From Candidatus Aenigmatarchaeota archaeon (GTDB lineage: Archaea; Aenigmatarchaeota; Aenigmatarchaeia; QMZP01; QMZT01), in contig JBGPQP010000001.1 in assembly GCA_041489155.1 (NCBI GenBank), positions 1-64,000 on the forward strand: DNA of 64,000 nucleotides, given 5' to 3'. The position numbers were made by a program, and so were the translations under genes. Each line of letters starts with the position of its first letter. The stretch's first letter is position 1. Of this stretch, positions 9,566-19,400 are shown piece after piece. The notes below the pieces were generated by a model. The model saw only the letters and a program-made list of their open reading frames with translations, had not been told where the DNA came from and ran no database searches.

Positions 9566-10153
9566 ATGAGCATCTCGGAGAACGTGTGGCTGTATGTGAA
9601 GGGGAAGCCATATCTGCAGGAAGCGCTGGAAAACGGCGTAGTGAATTATTCGGCGCTGGCGAGGATGGTAGGCAAGGAGATGGGAACGCGCAACTACGAT
9701 GCTATAAAGGCGGCGCTGCTCAGGATAAGCAGGAAACTTGGCAAGGACAGAAGGAACATGGAGCAGAAGGTTCTGAAGGTCTTGAGGACGAGCAGGTTGG
9801 AGATGAGGGACAAGATAGCCGTGATAATAACCCACAGGAAGCTGGACGTTCCTGTCATAGCAAACGCGAAAAGCGTGAGTGGTCACACATATATCGTAAA
9901 CAGCGAAACTGTGGAAAGGTTAAGAAGCAGGGATTTGCTCAAGATTCAGAAAAATTTGAGCATGATAACCGTGATAAGCCCCGAAAGCCTCGAGGAAACG
10001 CCTGGCGTTATCGCATATCTGCTTTCCGCGCTCGCGATCGAGAATATAAACGTAGTCGAATTCGTCTCATGCTACATGGACAGTCTTCTGGTTTTGAAGA
10101 ATTCCGACGTAATGAGAGCCTACGAGATACTCTCGGAAAAACTAAAAGAGTAG
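9566..10153 (+). CDS. ACT-domain protein with N-terminal HTH-like region
   Basis: VNYSALAR N-terminus; ETPGVIAYL...NINVVEFVSC ACT-like C-terminus. Confidence 0.8.
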   Translation: MSISENVWLYVKGKPYLQEALENGVVNYSALARMVGKEMGTRNYDAIKAALLRISRKLGKDRRNMEQKVLKVLRTSRLEMRDKIAVIITHRKLDVPVIANAKSVSGHTYIVNSETVERLRSRDLLKIQKNLSMITVISPESLEETPGVIAYLLSALAIENINVVEFVSCYMDSLLVLKNSDVMRAYEILSEKLKE

Positions 10154-10155
10154 CA

Positions 10156-10935
10156 TTAAGGACGACTGAGAATTTCGAGCATCCTTTTGTGGATGTTATT
10201 GTTCGCGGCCAGAATTCCGATCTTATTCATTTCTATAGGTTTTCCCTCAGTTGTTGTGATTTTTGCACCGGCTTCCTTGGCTATCAGCGAGGCTGCAGCG
10301 AAATCCCATGGGCTGAGCACGAATTCCCAGTAGCCGTCCGCCCTGCCGCTTGCTACTGCGCACATATCCAAGGCTGCCGAGCCGTCGCGGCGTATGCCCT
10401 GAATGCCAAACATGAGGAACTCGCCCATCTTCTGCAGCGTTCTTCTCATGATTTCGTCCCTGTCGTAATAGAAGCCTGTTATCAGGAGACAGGCGTTGAG
10501 ATCCTTGGCTTTGGAAACGCGTATCTTCTTGCCGTTAAGATAAGCCCCTTTTCCTGAGATGGCATGGAACATCTCGTCCTTCAGCGGGTCGTAAACCACG
10601 CCTATCGCCTGCTTCCCTTTCTTGACCAAGGCGATGGAAACGCAGAAGCACGGGTAGCCGTGCATGAAATTAACCGTGCCATCAAGAGGGTCGATTATCC
10701 ATAAGTTGTCACCTTCGCTTTTTGTGCCTTCCTCGGCCAGGATGCCGTGATCAGGGAAATGCTTTTTTATCAGAGAGGTTATCAGCCTTTCAGAATTTTT
10801 GTCAACGTTTGTGACGAAATCGACCTTGGTCTTAAAACCTACAATCCTCCTTGAGGTAGCCTGCTCGAGCATGAGCTTCCCTGCCTTTCTCGCCGCTTCG
10901 ACGGCGATGGCAAACTCATCACTTTGTTTCTTCAT
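10156..10935 (-). CDS. suhB: Inositol monophosphatase family protein
   Basis: WIIDPLDGTVNF, GSAALD, PWDFAAA. Confidence 0.93.
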   Translation of the reverse strand: MKKQSDEFAIAVEAARKAGKLMLEQATSRRIVGFKTKVDFVTNVDKNSERLITSLIKKHFPDHGILAEEGTKSEGDNLWIIDPLDGTVNFMHGYPCFCVSIALVKKGKQAIGVVYDPLKDEMFHAISGKGAYLNGKKIRVSKAKDLNACLLITGFYYDRDEIMRRTLQKMGEFLMFGIQGIRRDGSAALDMCAVASGRADGYWEFVLSPWDFAAASLIAKEAGAKITTTEGKPIEMNKIGILAANNNIHKRMLEILSRP

Positions 10936-11230
10936 TTATCCACTTCGTGAATTGTTTTGAGCCGCCTATTATCGGCAAGGCTATTATTTCCGGATTTTCA
11001 TACTGGTGCGCTGCCTTTACTCTTCTTACGAGTTCGCGCAGGAGGCTTTTCTTGGTTTTCACCAGAAGGAGCGTTTCCTCGGCGGTATGAATTCTGCCAG
11101 TCCACCAGAATTTCGATGTAACGTTGGGGATTATGTTGACGCAGGCGGCAAGCCTTTCTTTCAGGAGTATGCCGGCGATTGTCTGGCCTTCCTCAATGCC
11201 CTGACAGGTTACGAAAACAACAATATACAT
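10919..11230 (-). CDS. cutA: Divalent cation tolerance protein CutA
   Basis: LAACVNIIP, HQYENPEIIALPI. Confidence 0.93.
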   Translation of the reverse strand: MYIVVFVTCQGIEEGQTIAGILLKERLAACVNIIPNVTSKFWWTGRIHTAEETLLLVKTKKSLLRELVRRVKAAHQYENPEIIALPIIGGSKQFTKWINEETK

Positions 11231-11246
11231 AATCAAAACCGCCAGC

Positions 11247-11927
11247 CTACATTATCAGGGTCCCTACGAATTTTTTACCTTCAAGCGCGCTTTTTATGTT
11301 CTTAAGATTCCTTCCGTCCAGGAAGACTGTCCTTGTTTTTGTTCGTTCAAGAAGCCTTGCAGCAATCTGGTCCATTACGGTCAACGGGCCTGCCATGTGT
11401 TTTTTTACCTTCACCATGCTGTAAATTTGTTTTGGCGTTATCTTGCTGATCATCTTTGCGTTCCTGTATTTCTTCGGGTCTTTGTCATAAACTCCTTTTA
11501 CGTTGGTTCCTATAACAAGCATGTCCGCGCGGAAAAACTGCGCAGCGGCGACTGCGACGGCATCGGTCGTCTGCCCCGGAATCGTGCCGCCTAGGACGAC
11601 TATTTTTTTTGAAGAAATGCCATGCTCAAGGTCTTCCTTGTGCTCGACCACTTTCGGGTACGCGTGTTTTCCCAGGCCTGCAACGAGGACCATCGCGTTC
11701 ATTCTTGTGCCTAGTATGCCTATGCGGTCAAGGAGGGGTTCGGATGGCCCAAGCTTCCTTGTGGCACGTATGTATTCCTTTGTCATCCTGCCTCCGCCGG
11801 TGACAACGATTATTGCGTTTTTCTTCTTCATGCTTATGAGGAATTTTGAAAGCCTCCTGACGTAGTTTATGTCCGGGACGCCTTTCGGGCAAATCACAGA
11901 ACCGCCTATATCAAAAACTATGCGCAT
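11247..11927 (-). CDS. pyrH: UMP kinase (archaeal type)
   Basis: IGGSV, VTGGG, PGQTTDAVA, NVKGVYDKDP. Confidence 0.92.
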   Translation of the reverse strand: MRIVFDIGGSVICPKGVPDINYVRRLSKFLISMKKKNAIIVVTGGGRMTKEYIRATRKLGPSEPLLDRIGILGTRMNAMVLVAGLGKHAYPKVVEHKEDLEHGISSKKIVVLGGTIPGQTTDAVAVAAAQFFRADMLVIGTNVKGVYDKDPKKYRNAKMISKITPKQIYSMVKVKKHMAGPLTVMDQIAARLLERTKTRTVFLDGRNLKNIKSALEGKKFVGTLIM

Positions 11928-12001
11928 ACAAACACCCCTTTAATCTTATCTTTACTATTTATTTTTCAATTTAAAGAATTTTAGAAGAATAAAAACCGGA
12001 A

Positions 12002-12517
12002 TTAACTCTTTCTTAGCCCGCGCATTCTTTTGCCTCTCGAAGTAAGCGACCGGAAAACGCGACCCCTGTGCTGCTTTTCGGCAAGCCATCCCCTTTCGTT
12101 GTCCTTCGCTATGCTGGGATGGCTTGGATCCACAAGTATGACCTCGAACCATGCATGTTGCCCGTCCTCGCCGACGTAATACGAATTCAGGACCTCGAGG
12201 TTCGGAAATTTCCTTGCAGCCCTTTCCTCTGCAAGGATCTGGTTGGATTTGCCGGCTGAGAAGAATCGGCCCGCCTTCTTCGGTCTCCTTCCTCCTGCGG
12301 GTTTCGGCCTTTTCCTCTTGCCCTTCATGACCTTGGCCCTTGCAATGACGAAACCCTGTTTTGCCTTGTAGCCCAGGGTATGCGCCCTGTCAGGCCTTGT
12401 CGGCCTTTCGACCCTCGTTACGGTATCCTCTTTTCTCCATCCGACCAGCCTCTTTTTCCAGATTACGCCAAGATTTTTCTTGGGTTTTTTCCATGCCTGT
12501 TTCATGCCCTTTATCAT
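12002..12517 (-). CDS. rpl15e: 50S ribosomal protein L15e
   Basis: [39 protein letters not shown]. Confidence 0.96.
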   Translation of the reverse strand: MIKGMKQAWKKPKKNLGVIWKKRLVGWRKEDTVTRVERPTRPDRAHTLGYKAKQGFVIARAKVMKGKRKRPKPAGGRRPKKAGRFFSAGKSNQILAEERAARKFPNLEVLNSYYVGEDGQHAWFEVILVDPSHPSIAKDNERGWLAEKQHRGRVFRSLTSRGKRMRGLRKS

Positions 12518-12619
12518 AACATCACATAGCAAAGATTATACGGAATATATATTTAAGCATAATTGACCTAAAACATATAAAAACTTATAAATTCAAAATA
12601 AGCTTAGAGGGGTGTAAAT

Positions 12620-12889
12620 ATGCACGCAGCAGTCAAAATTTTGATAGGCTTAGTCTTGGTACTTATCGGCCTCGGACTCTTCGTTGATTCTGTATATCCG
12701 ATAATGGGAACCAAGGGAACATTCGGCATAAACTGGCTCGACAACTTCATAATAGTGCTGACAGGCGTCATACCGATATTCCTGATACTTGTTGGTCTGT
12801 TCATAGTATGGCTTGAGGCAGACGAGCTTAAAACGGCAAAGGAATTCGAAGAGCCGGAGAAGGAAGAGCCCAAGAAAAAGAAGAAGTGA
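12620..12889 (+). CDS. Small 2-TM membrane protein with charged tail
   Basis: Two hydrophobic helices, E/K-rich C-terminus, GGGGTG RBS. Confidence 0.75.
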   Translation: MHAAVKILIGLVLVLIGLGLFVDSVYPIMGTKGTFGINWLDNFIIVLTGVIPIFLILVGLFIVWLEADELKTAKEFEEPEKEEPKKKKK

Positions 12890-12890
12890 A

Positions 12891-14609
12891 TCAAACCTCT
12901 GTCCTCTGAACAACAGAATCTTTTATATCCAATTCTTTGTCTTTTTTCCTTATCCTTTCCCCTATTTTTGATCTCTGGACTATCGAATCTATAATGTTTA
13001 TAGTTTCCTTGACCTCAATCTTCTGTATTTCGGTAGCGAAACTCATTGCAATGACCGTGTATTTCAAAATGTCAGACAGTTTTTCCAGCATGTCTTCGAG
13101 CTCATCTTCCTTTCCGGAGTAAAGTTTTAACGCAACGTGAACGAGATCTTCATCTTCTTTGGCAACGGCGGTGAGCAGGTATATCGCACCGTCTTTAGAT
13201 TCCCCAGAAAACATGTATAATCTCTCGTCCTCATAAGCATGTTCTGCAACGAGGCTCATGCCTTTGTATTCCTCAATTATATGGTTTGCAATTTTCTCAA
13301 CGTTCACATCTTTCAGGGTATAACCCCTTATGGCAGAGTGAAGTTGTTTGGTGAGTTTTATGTATTCGGCTTCGTCGATCGCCTTTGGTTGTATGAACGA
13401 CTCCAAATATCTTTTGAATTTTTCCGTGTATCTGAGGCGATTGAAATCCCCCTTGTCCACGGTCTGCGGAGGATTGATTTTTGCAGGAAAATCTAATGAC
13501 GAATCAAGCGTTTCTTCGAGAACGAAAGGCTTCATCTTCTTCCTGAAGGTGCGACCTCTTGCGTCCTTGAAGCTCAGGACAGGCTCAAGCATGGTCCTGC
13601 CGACTGTCATTGGAAGGATTTTGAAAACGAAACCCCTCTCCTCGCGCGGGCCGATCCTGTCGATGTAGTTTCCTGTGAGAGGCTCTGTTTTCAGCTCGAA
13701 AGGGAACTTGACCGTTATCTCTATATCTTCTATGGGGTTTTTTGAGTTGTTTTCGATGGACAGCACGAAATACGATTCTTTTCCAATCTCGAGTTTTTCC
13801 TTCAGGCACGGTCTCACGTCAATGTTGGGTATCACGCATATGCTCGGAGGCCATATATCCCTTTCCCTCTTTTCGCCTTTCCCGTCCTTCCACGTCACCT
13901 TGCGGTAGAGCGGCTTTGAATGCTCCCATGCCACCATGGTGTAGCTGAAAGCTCTCGTTTCGCCGGGCTTCAGCGAGGTTATCGCCTCGAGCTCATTCGC
14001 CTTCTCGCCAAGAATCTTTATGTCGTTCATTGCGTCTTTGGTGTCATTCTTTATTTTCAGCACGACCTCGACCTTGTCCCCTTCCTTCGCTGCCTTTTTT
14101 TCACATTCCTGCTGGACGGTTACGTGGGGTATTATGTCCAGAAGCCTGTTGAGCTTCTTCTCTATTTCCTCGCTGTATTCGATGTCCAGCGATTTCCTGT
14201 AGTTGTTAACGGCAAGGTCATAGTTCCCCGTTTTCTCCCCTGCGTCGCCCATAAGGTTGTAGCACCACTGGACGGCATAAAGGGAATTCATCTTAAGAAA
14301 ATGCTCTATCGCCTTTGTTGCGAAATTGATCACGTTACTGAAATCGCTGAAGGCGAAAGCGTAAACAGCCGCGCTCTTGTACGCCCACCCGACGTTGAAA
14401 TCCTTGCCCAGCTTGGCGTAGCATTTGGCTTCCTCTATGCAGAAATCTATAGCTCTCTTGTCGTTTATTGTTTCCGCGAGCCTGGCGATTGCCTGATAAA
14501 TAGAAGCCGCTTCAGTGTAGTCTTCGCTCCTGAATCTTTTCTCTGCCCTCTTCAGAGACGACTCTATTTCCTTCTCTGTTTTTTTCCTTTCTTTTTCAGC
14601 TTGCTCCAT
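12891..14609 (-). CDS. TPR-like helical repeats + two Ig-like beta domains + alpha/beta C-terminal domain; putative ESCRT-associated adaptor
   Basis: N-terminal helical repeats (AGEKTGNYDLAVNNYRKSL); LKIKND..LKPGET and IENNS..IGPREE CARDB-like patterns; IIDSIVQRS/IKDSVVQRT tail repeat. Confidence 0.65.
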   Translation of the reverse strand: MEQAEKERKKTEKEIESSLKRAEKRFRSEDYTEAASIYQAIARLAETINDKRAIDFCIEEAKCYAKLGKDFNVGWAYKSAAVYAFAFSDFSNVINFATKAIEHFLKMNSLYAVQWCYNLMGDAGEKTGNYDLAVNNYRKSLDIEYSEEIEKKLNRLLDIIPHVTVQQECEKKAAKEGDKVEVVLKIKNDTKDAMNDIKILGEKANELEAITSLKPGETRAFSYTMVAWEHSKPLYRKVTWKDGKGEKRERDIWPPSICVIPNIDVRPCLKEKLEIGKESYFVLSIENNSKNPIEDIEITVKFPFELKTEPLTGNYIDRIGPREERGFVFKILPMTVGRTMLEPVLSFKDARGRTFRKKMKPFVLEETLDSSLDFPAKINPPQTVDKGDFNRLRYTEKFKRYLESFIQPKAIDEAEYIKLTKQLHSAIRGYTLKDVNVEKIANHIIEEYKGMSLVAEHAYEDERLYMFSGESKDGAIYLLTAVAKEDEDLVHVALKLYSGKEDELEDMLEKLSDILKYTVIAMSFATEIQKIEVKETINIIDSIVQRSKIGERIRKKDKELDIKDSVVQRTEV

Positions 14610-14656
14610 ACCGACATTAGATTTTTGGATGTTAAATTCAAATAGATATGCGAAGG

Positions 14657-15775
14657 CTACATGCCCGCTTTTTCCTTCCATTCGTCGTATCTCTGGATCG
14701 ACTTCTCGCTCACGCTTTTGCTGACCTTTGAAAGGGCGTGGTCAAAATCATCCTTCGCCAGCGGCCTGTAGCACATGGCGTATTTTTCAATCTGAGCCGC
14801 TGTAAGCTCCTCGAGTTTCGGGTTCTGCTGCCTTATCATGAACATTATCGCCTCGCGGCACACGTTGGCGATGTCCCTGCCGGAATACCCCGCGCTCCTT
14901 TCCGCAAGGCTGCCAAGCGTTATGCCGGATAGAACGAGGCCTTTCAGGTGGACTTCGAATATCTGCTTCCTGGCATCAGCGTCGGGCAACGGGACGTAAA
15001 TCTTGCGCTGGAACCTCGATATCATCGCGTCATCGAGGTCCCATGGCCTGTTGGTTGCTGCTATCAGTATGACTTTCTCATCCTTTTTCGTAGAGAAGCC
15101 TTCTATCTCGACCAGCAGCTGGGAGATGACGCGTCTCGTCGCTTCATGCACGCCAGAGTCCCTCGTGATCATTATCGCGTCGAACTCGTCCATGAATATT
15201 ATCGAAGGCGCATTTTTCCTTGCCTTCTCGAAAAGCGTGCCGATTATCTTCTCGGACTCGCCGTAGAATTTCGAAAGCAGCGCTGAAGTTCGCGCTTCGA
15301 AGAAATTAGCCTTGAGTGTGCTGCTCGCTGCCTTCGCTATCAGCGTTTTTCCGGTTCCGGGCGGGCCATACAGCAGAAGCGCCCTAGGCACTTCGACGAA
15401 ATCAGGCTTGCCCTTTATCATAGGAAGAACTATCGCCTCCTTCACTTCGCGCTTGACTTCCATGAGGCCGCCGATATCCTCCCATTTGACAGCCGGTTTC
15501 TCGTAAATTACCATGTTGTCTATCGCTTCCTGGGATTTCATTTTTTCCCTGTCGGCACGGAGCGTGTCGCCCATGTCATCGTACTGGCTTGCAGAAGAGA
15601 AAAATGACTCCGCATGCTCCCTAGGAGCTATGTATGCAAGCCTCCTGTATATGGATGCCGCAGTCTTGTAGTGAACAGTCGCCTGTTTCGATCTGCCTTC
15701 GGACTCGAGTTTCCTAGCGAGGTCGATTTCGCGCTGAAGCTGCTGCTTAAGAAGTGATTCTCTCAGTTCCCCCAT
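14657..15775 (-). CDS. Vps4/CdvC-like AAA+ ATPase with MIT-like N-terminal domain
   Basis: KPAVKWEDIGGL, GPPGTGKT, SKFYGESEK, IIFMDE, ATNRPWDLD, GYSGRDI, Vps4-like terminal helix; single AAA module. Confidence 0.85.
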   Translation of the reverse strand: MGELRESLLKQQLQREIDLARKLESEGRSKQATVHYKTAASIYRRLAYIAPREHAESFFSSASQYDDMGDTLRADREKMKSQEAIDNMVIYEKPAVKWEDIGGLMEVKREVKEAIVLPMIKGKPDFVEVPRALLLYGPPGTGKTLIAKAASSTLKANFFEARTSALLSKFYGESEKIIGTLFEKARKNAPSIIFMDEFDAIMITRDSGVHEATRRVISQLLVEIEGFSTKKDEKVILIAATNRPWDLDDAMISRFQRKIYVPLPDADARKQIFEVHLKGLVLSGITLGSLAERSAGYSGRDIANVCREAIMFMIRQQNPKLEELTAAQIEKYAMCYRPLAKDDFDHALSKVSKSVSEKSIQRYDEWKEKAGM

Positions 15776-15795
15776 ATCCCCACCAGAAGAAAAAA

Positions 15796-16416
15796 TTATT
15801 CTGCTTCCTCTTTTTCTTCCTTTTTCATTTCCTCGGTTATGGACTTTGCTTTCTCGCCGGCCATCCTCATGGCAGTCTCCTCGTCGACTTTTTCAAGGTC
15901 GTTTATGGCCTGCATCAGTTCGCGCGACTCGGTGTCGACGAGGAATTCCTCCCTTCCGAAGACTCTCTCCAGCTTTTCCTTGACCTTGTCTAGCCTTCCT
16001 TCCTCCAGCGCTTCCCTGACCTCCGTGTCCGTCAGGACAGCCGTGAGCTTTTCGACGTCGGTATTCATGATTTCCTTGGCTACTTCCGAAACCCTGTCGG
16101 TCTTCTCCCTCTGTCTCATGGCCTGGACGAGGAGGATCAGCTGCAGCTCGTGGATGTATCTTGACGCTTCCAGCTGCTTCGTCCGCGATTCAAGGCTCAG
16201 GGATTTTATCTTCTGGACGTTGAGCATTTTCAGCGTGTTGGGCTGGCCCTTCGCCTCAAGCATGAGCTTCTGTATCTTCTCGGCTATGCCTTTCAAATCA
16301 TCAGAAATCCTTTCGATCTCCTTCTCGATTTTTATCCTTTCCTTGAGGAGATCGTTTTCCTTTATTGAGAAAATGTCTTTGCCGAATTTGAATTTGATGA
16401 ATTTCTTAAAATCCAT
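15796..16416 (-). CDS. All-helical coiled-coil protein, putative ESCRT-III-like
   Basis: ~206 aa, long helical hairpin, acidic C-terminal half; immediately upstream of the MIT-AAA gene; AGGTGA RBS. Confidence 0.55.
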   Translation of the reverse strand: MDFKKFIKFKFGKDIFSIKENDLLKERIKIEKEIERISDDLKGIAEKIQKLMLEAKGQPNTLKMLNVQKIKSLSLESRTKQLEASRYIHELQLILLVQAMRQREKTDRVSEVAKEIMNTDVEKLTAVLTDTEVREALEEGRLDKVKEKLERVFGREEFLVDTESRELMQAINDLEKVDEETAMRMAGEKAKSITEEMKKEEKEEAE

Positions 16417-16461
16417 CGCTCTCACCTTGATATTTATTTTGACTGATTTAAATATAAACGT

Positions 16462-19400
16462 ATGAAAAGAGGTTTTCTGCTTTCACTTGATGCGATAGCG
16501 GCGATAACATTGTTGCTGACTGTTTCGCTCTTGCTTGCGGGGATTTCATTCACCTATGCTTCTCCTGAACTGCGATACCAGAGATATTATTATGCAGGGA
16601 AGGACATAGCCACGGTGCTTGAAGAAACGAAAATGCAGGCCCTGTCAGGCATCATAAATTTCAGCAAATACGGCCTTGCAGCTGAGGACATGAACAGGAC
16701 CATACTCGACGTCGTGGGTTCTTTCTGGGCCGAGGGTAACAGGAGCAAGGCTGAGAATCTGACGAAGGAAATATTCGAAGGTGTTCTGTCCAACACAGGC
16801 CTTAATTATGAAATTTCCTTCAACGATGAAACCCTATATTCGAGCCAGCCGGAATATTCGGCTTACCTTGCAAGGCTTTCGACGATCGTTTCCGGTTATG
16901 AAAAGACGAAGCCCGTGAACGGATACTTGGCGAAGGTTTACGTTACGAAGGTCGCCAAGACAAACTCGGAGTTCTTGTATTTCGGAGGCTACGAAGGCGA
17001 TGGCAACCTCACAAAAACCATACTCCTTCCATCGGACGCGAACGTGACCGGCGTCTATATGGAGCTCAATGCCGGCAACAATTTCACCCTTTTCATAAAC
17101 GGCAACGAATCGGGCCACTACATAAAAACTGCCGCGAACTTTTCGGCAGACAACTGGACCGTGTGCTCGCCTGCGGAACCTGCTCACTGTTCATATTTTT
17201 CGCCGGGCAACAACATCCTGCAGCTGAATTTCATGTCAGGCCAAAATAATTACATAGGCGGAGGCTATCTGAAAGTCACCTACAAAACCTCCGAGCTGAC
17301 GGGCAGCGAATATCTTTACGCCAACGGAACCGCAGATGAGACCCAGTACCTGCCCGGTATAAAAGGCATAATAAATCTCTATTCCTCCTTCTACGTGCCC
17401 GGCACACTCGACAACATAACCGCCCACTTGCATTACAAGAACAACCTGAGTCTCAATAACCAGGGTATTCCGGTTTACTTCATGATAGGCTCAAAACAGA
17501 TATACAGAAGCAATGAGACCGGGGAGATAACGATAGACATTCCCGAACTGAACATATCCTATGCTTTTGGCGGCAAGACAAACCTAACGCAAATCCTGAG
17601 CAATGAAACCGTCCCGATAAGGTTCGGCACCGAAACCTTCGCCTTCACCAGCGGAGAGGGAGCAAGCGACTCGGTCCTCATAACCGACCTATCAGGAAGC
17701 ATGAACGATTCCAGTTCATGCGATGTGCAGACGACCTCCTGCTTGCACCCGGACTGCAACATCGCCAGCGGCTGCCAGAACGGCAGAATAGATGTGGCAA
17801 AGGATGTCGACAAGGAATTCGTTGCTACAATTCTTAATTATACCGGCAACAGAATAGGCCTGGTTGGTTATAATACCACCACTGCCCGGTCCCACGGCCT
17901 CAGCAACAGCAGCACTTCCCTTAACTCTGAAATAAACAGCTACAGGTCTGTATCCAGCGCCACAACATGCATAGCATGCGGTATAGTCAACGCAACAAAC
18001 ATACTCGCCACTTCCAGACTTATAAAGACTGTTATTCCCTCTAAAGCTTCATGGTTTTATAATGCCAGTTTCCCGTCCAGCGAGCTGCCTGCAATTAATG
18101 GCAGCGCATGGACCTGGATTAACTATACGGATTCTGACTGGGCCTCAGGCCAGGCAATACTTGGTTTTGAAGGCTCATCATACAACCCAAACATTGACAC
18201 AAATATAGGAGATAACGGTGGAAATTATTATTTCAGGAAGCATTTCAACCTCAGCGATATGGAAGTTGTTGACTTCGCCGAACTCTATGTTTTGTCAGAC
18301 GACAATGCCGAAATATACCTGAACGGACATCTTATAAACAACGACACGGAAGAGCACAATGCGACCTACTGGAACCTGGGGAACATTACCTTCAGCGATG
18401 ATTTCGAAAGCTATTATGCTAGCGGCGCCAACAGGCTTACTTACACCGAAATAAACCGTACGCCTGGATACTGGATTGTCAACGGGACGCCAACATCGCA
18501 AAAAAATGTTTCTCTGATGGCAAATATTGCAGGTTACCCGGCGCACAGCGGAACCGACGTTCTGGTGTTCAAACGCATGCAAACATATGGGTATGCCGAG
18601 AACTACATCAACCTTACAGGAAAAACGAACATCGTGCTTTCCTACTGGTGGAGGATGGGTGATGGCGACTTTCTTGACAGCGGAGAATACGCAGATGTAT
18701 GGCTATGGGATGGCAGCTGGCATCAGGTAAAGAGGTACTCCACGAACGAGAGCTACAATGAGTATCATCATGATGAAATCGATTTGTCAGGCTATAACAT
18801 GATAAACAATTTCACGGTCAGGTTCGGCCTGAGGTCAAGCAGCGACAGCGAAAGGTTCTATGTCGACGATGTCGGTTACAGGGAGAAGATATGGGTAAAC
18901 GGCTCATATTTCGCCAGCGGAGATAACGTAGTTGCCGTTAAATTAAGGAACAATGACGGCATGGCCGCCAAGTTCGATATGGAGCTGAACGCGACGATGA
19001 AAAGGTACAAAGCGATGCTGGTGATGAGCGACGGCCTTGCAAACACATGTCTCCCCGGTGTCAGCTGCACGGGAAGCACGGCAAGCAACCAGGCGATACT
19101 CAAGGCATGCGAGGCGAGGGATAATAACAGCATAAATGTTTATGCAGTAGGTTTTGGGGCAGGAGCGGATATGAACACTTTGAGCAGGATTGCATGCTGG
19201 AACTGCACCGACAATGACTGGATTCCTGACTGCAACAGATACTACAACAGCTCGAACGCCGATGACCTCGAACAAATTTACAGCGACATAGCCAAAGACA
19301 TAGCCAATGCGAGCTATGCCGCCCAGATATTCAACTTCACCGGCAACATATCTCTTGACAACTTCCTTTATCATGATTCGTACATAGCGCTGAACTATAC

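Noticed and set aside
9586..10557. 323-aa plus-strand ORF
   Set aside because: Overlaps two well-supported genes; no motifs.
14610..14681. N-terminal extension of the TPR/Ig protein
   Set aside because: Overlaps the ATPase 3' end; ATG 14609 is more plausible.
14657..15775. Cdc48, PAN or FtsH identity for the AAA ATPase
   Set aside because: Single AAA module; no OB/coiled-coil N-domain, TM segment or protease domain.
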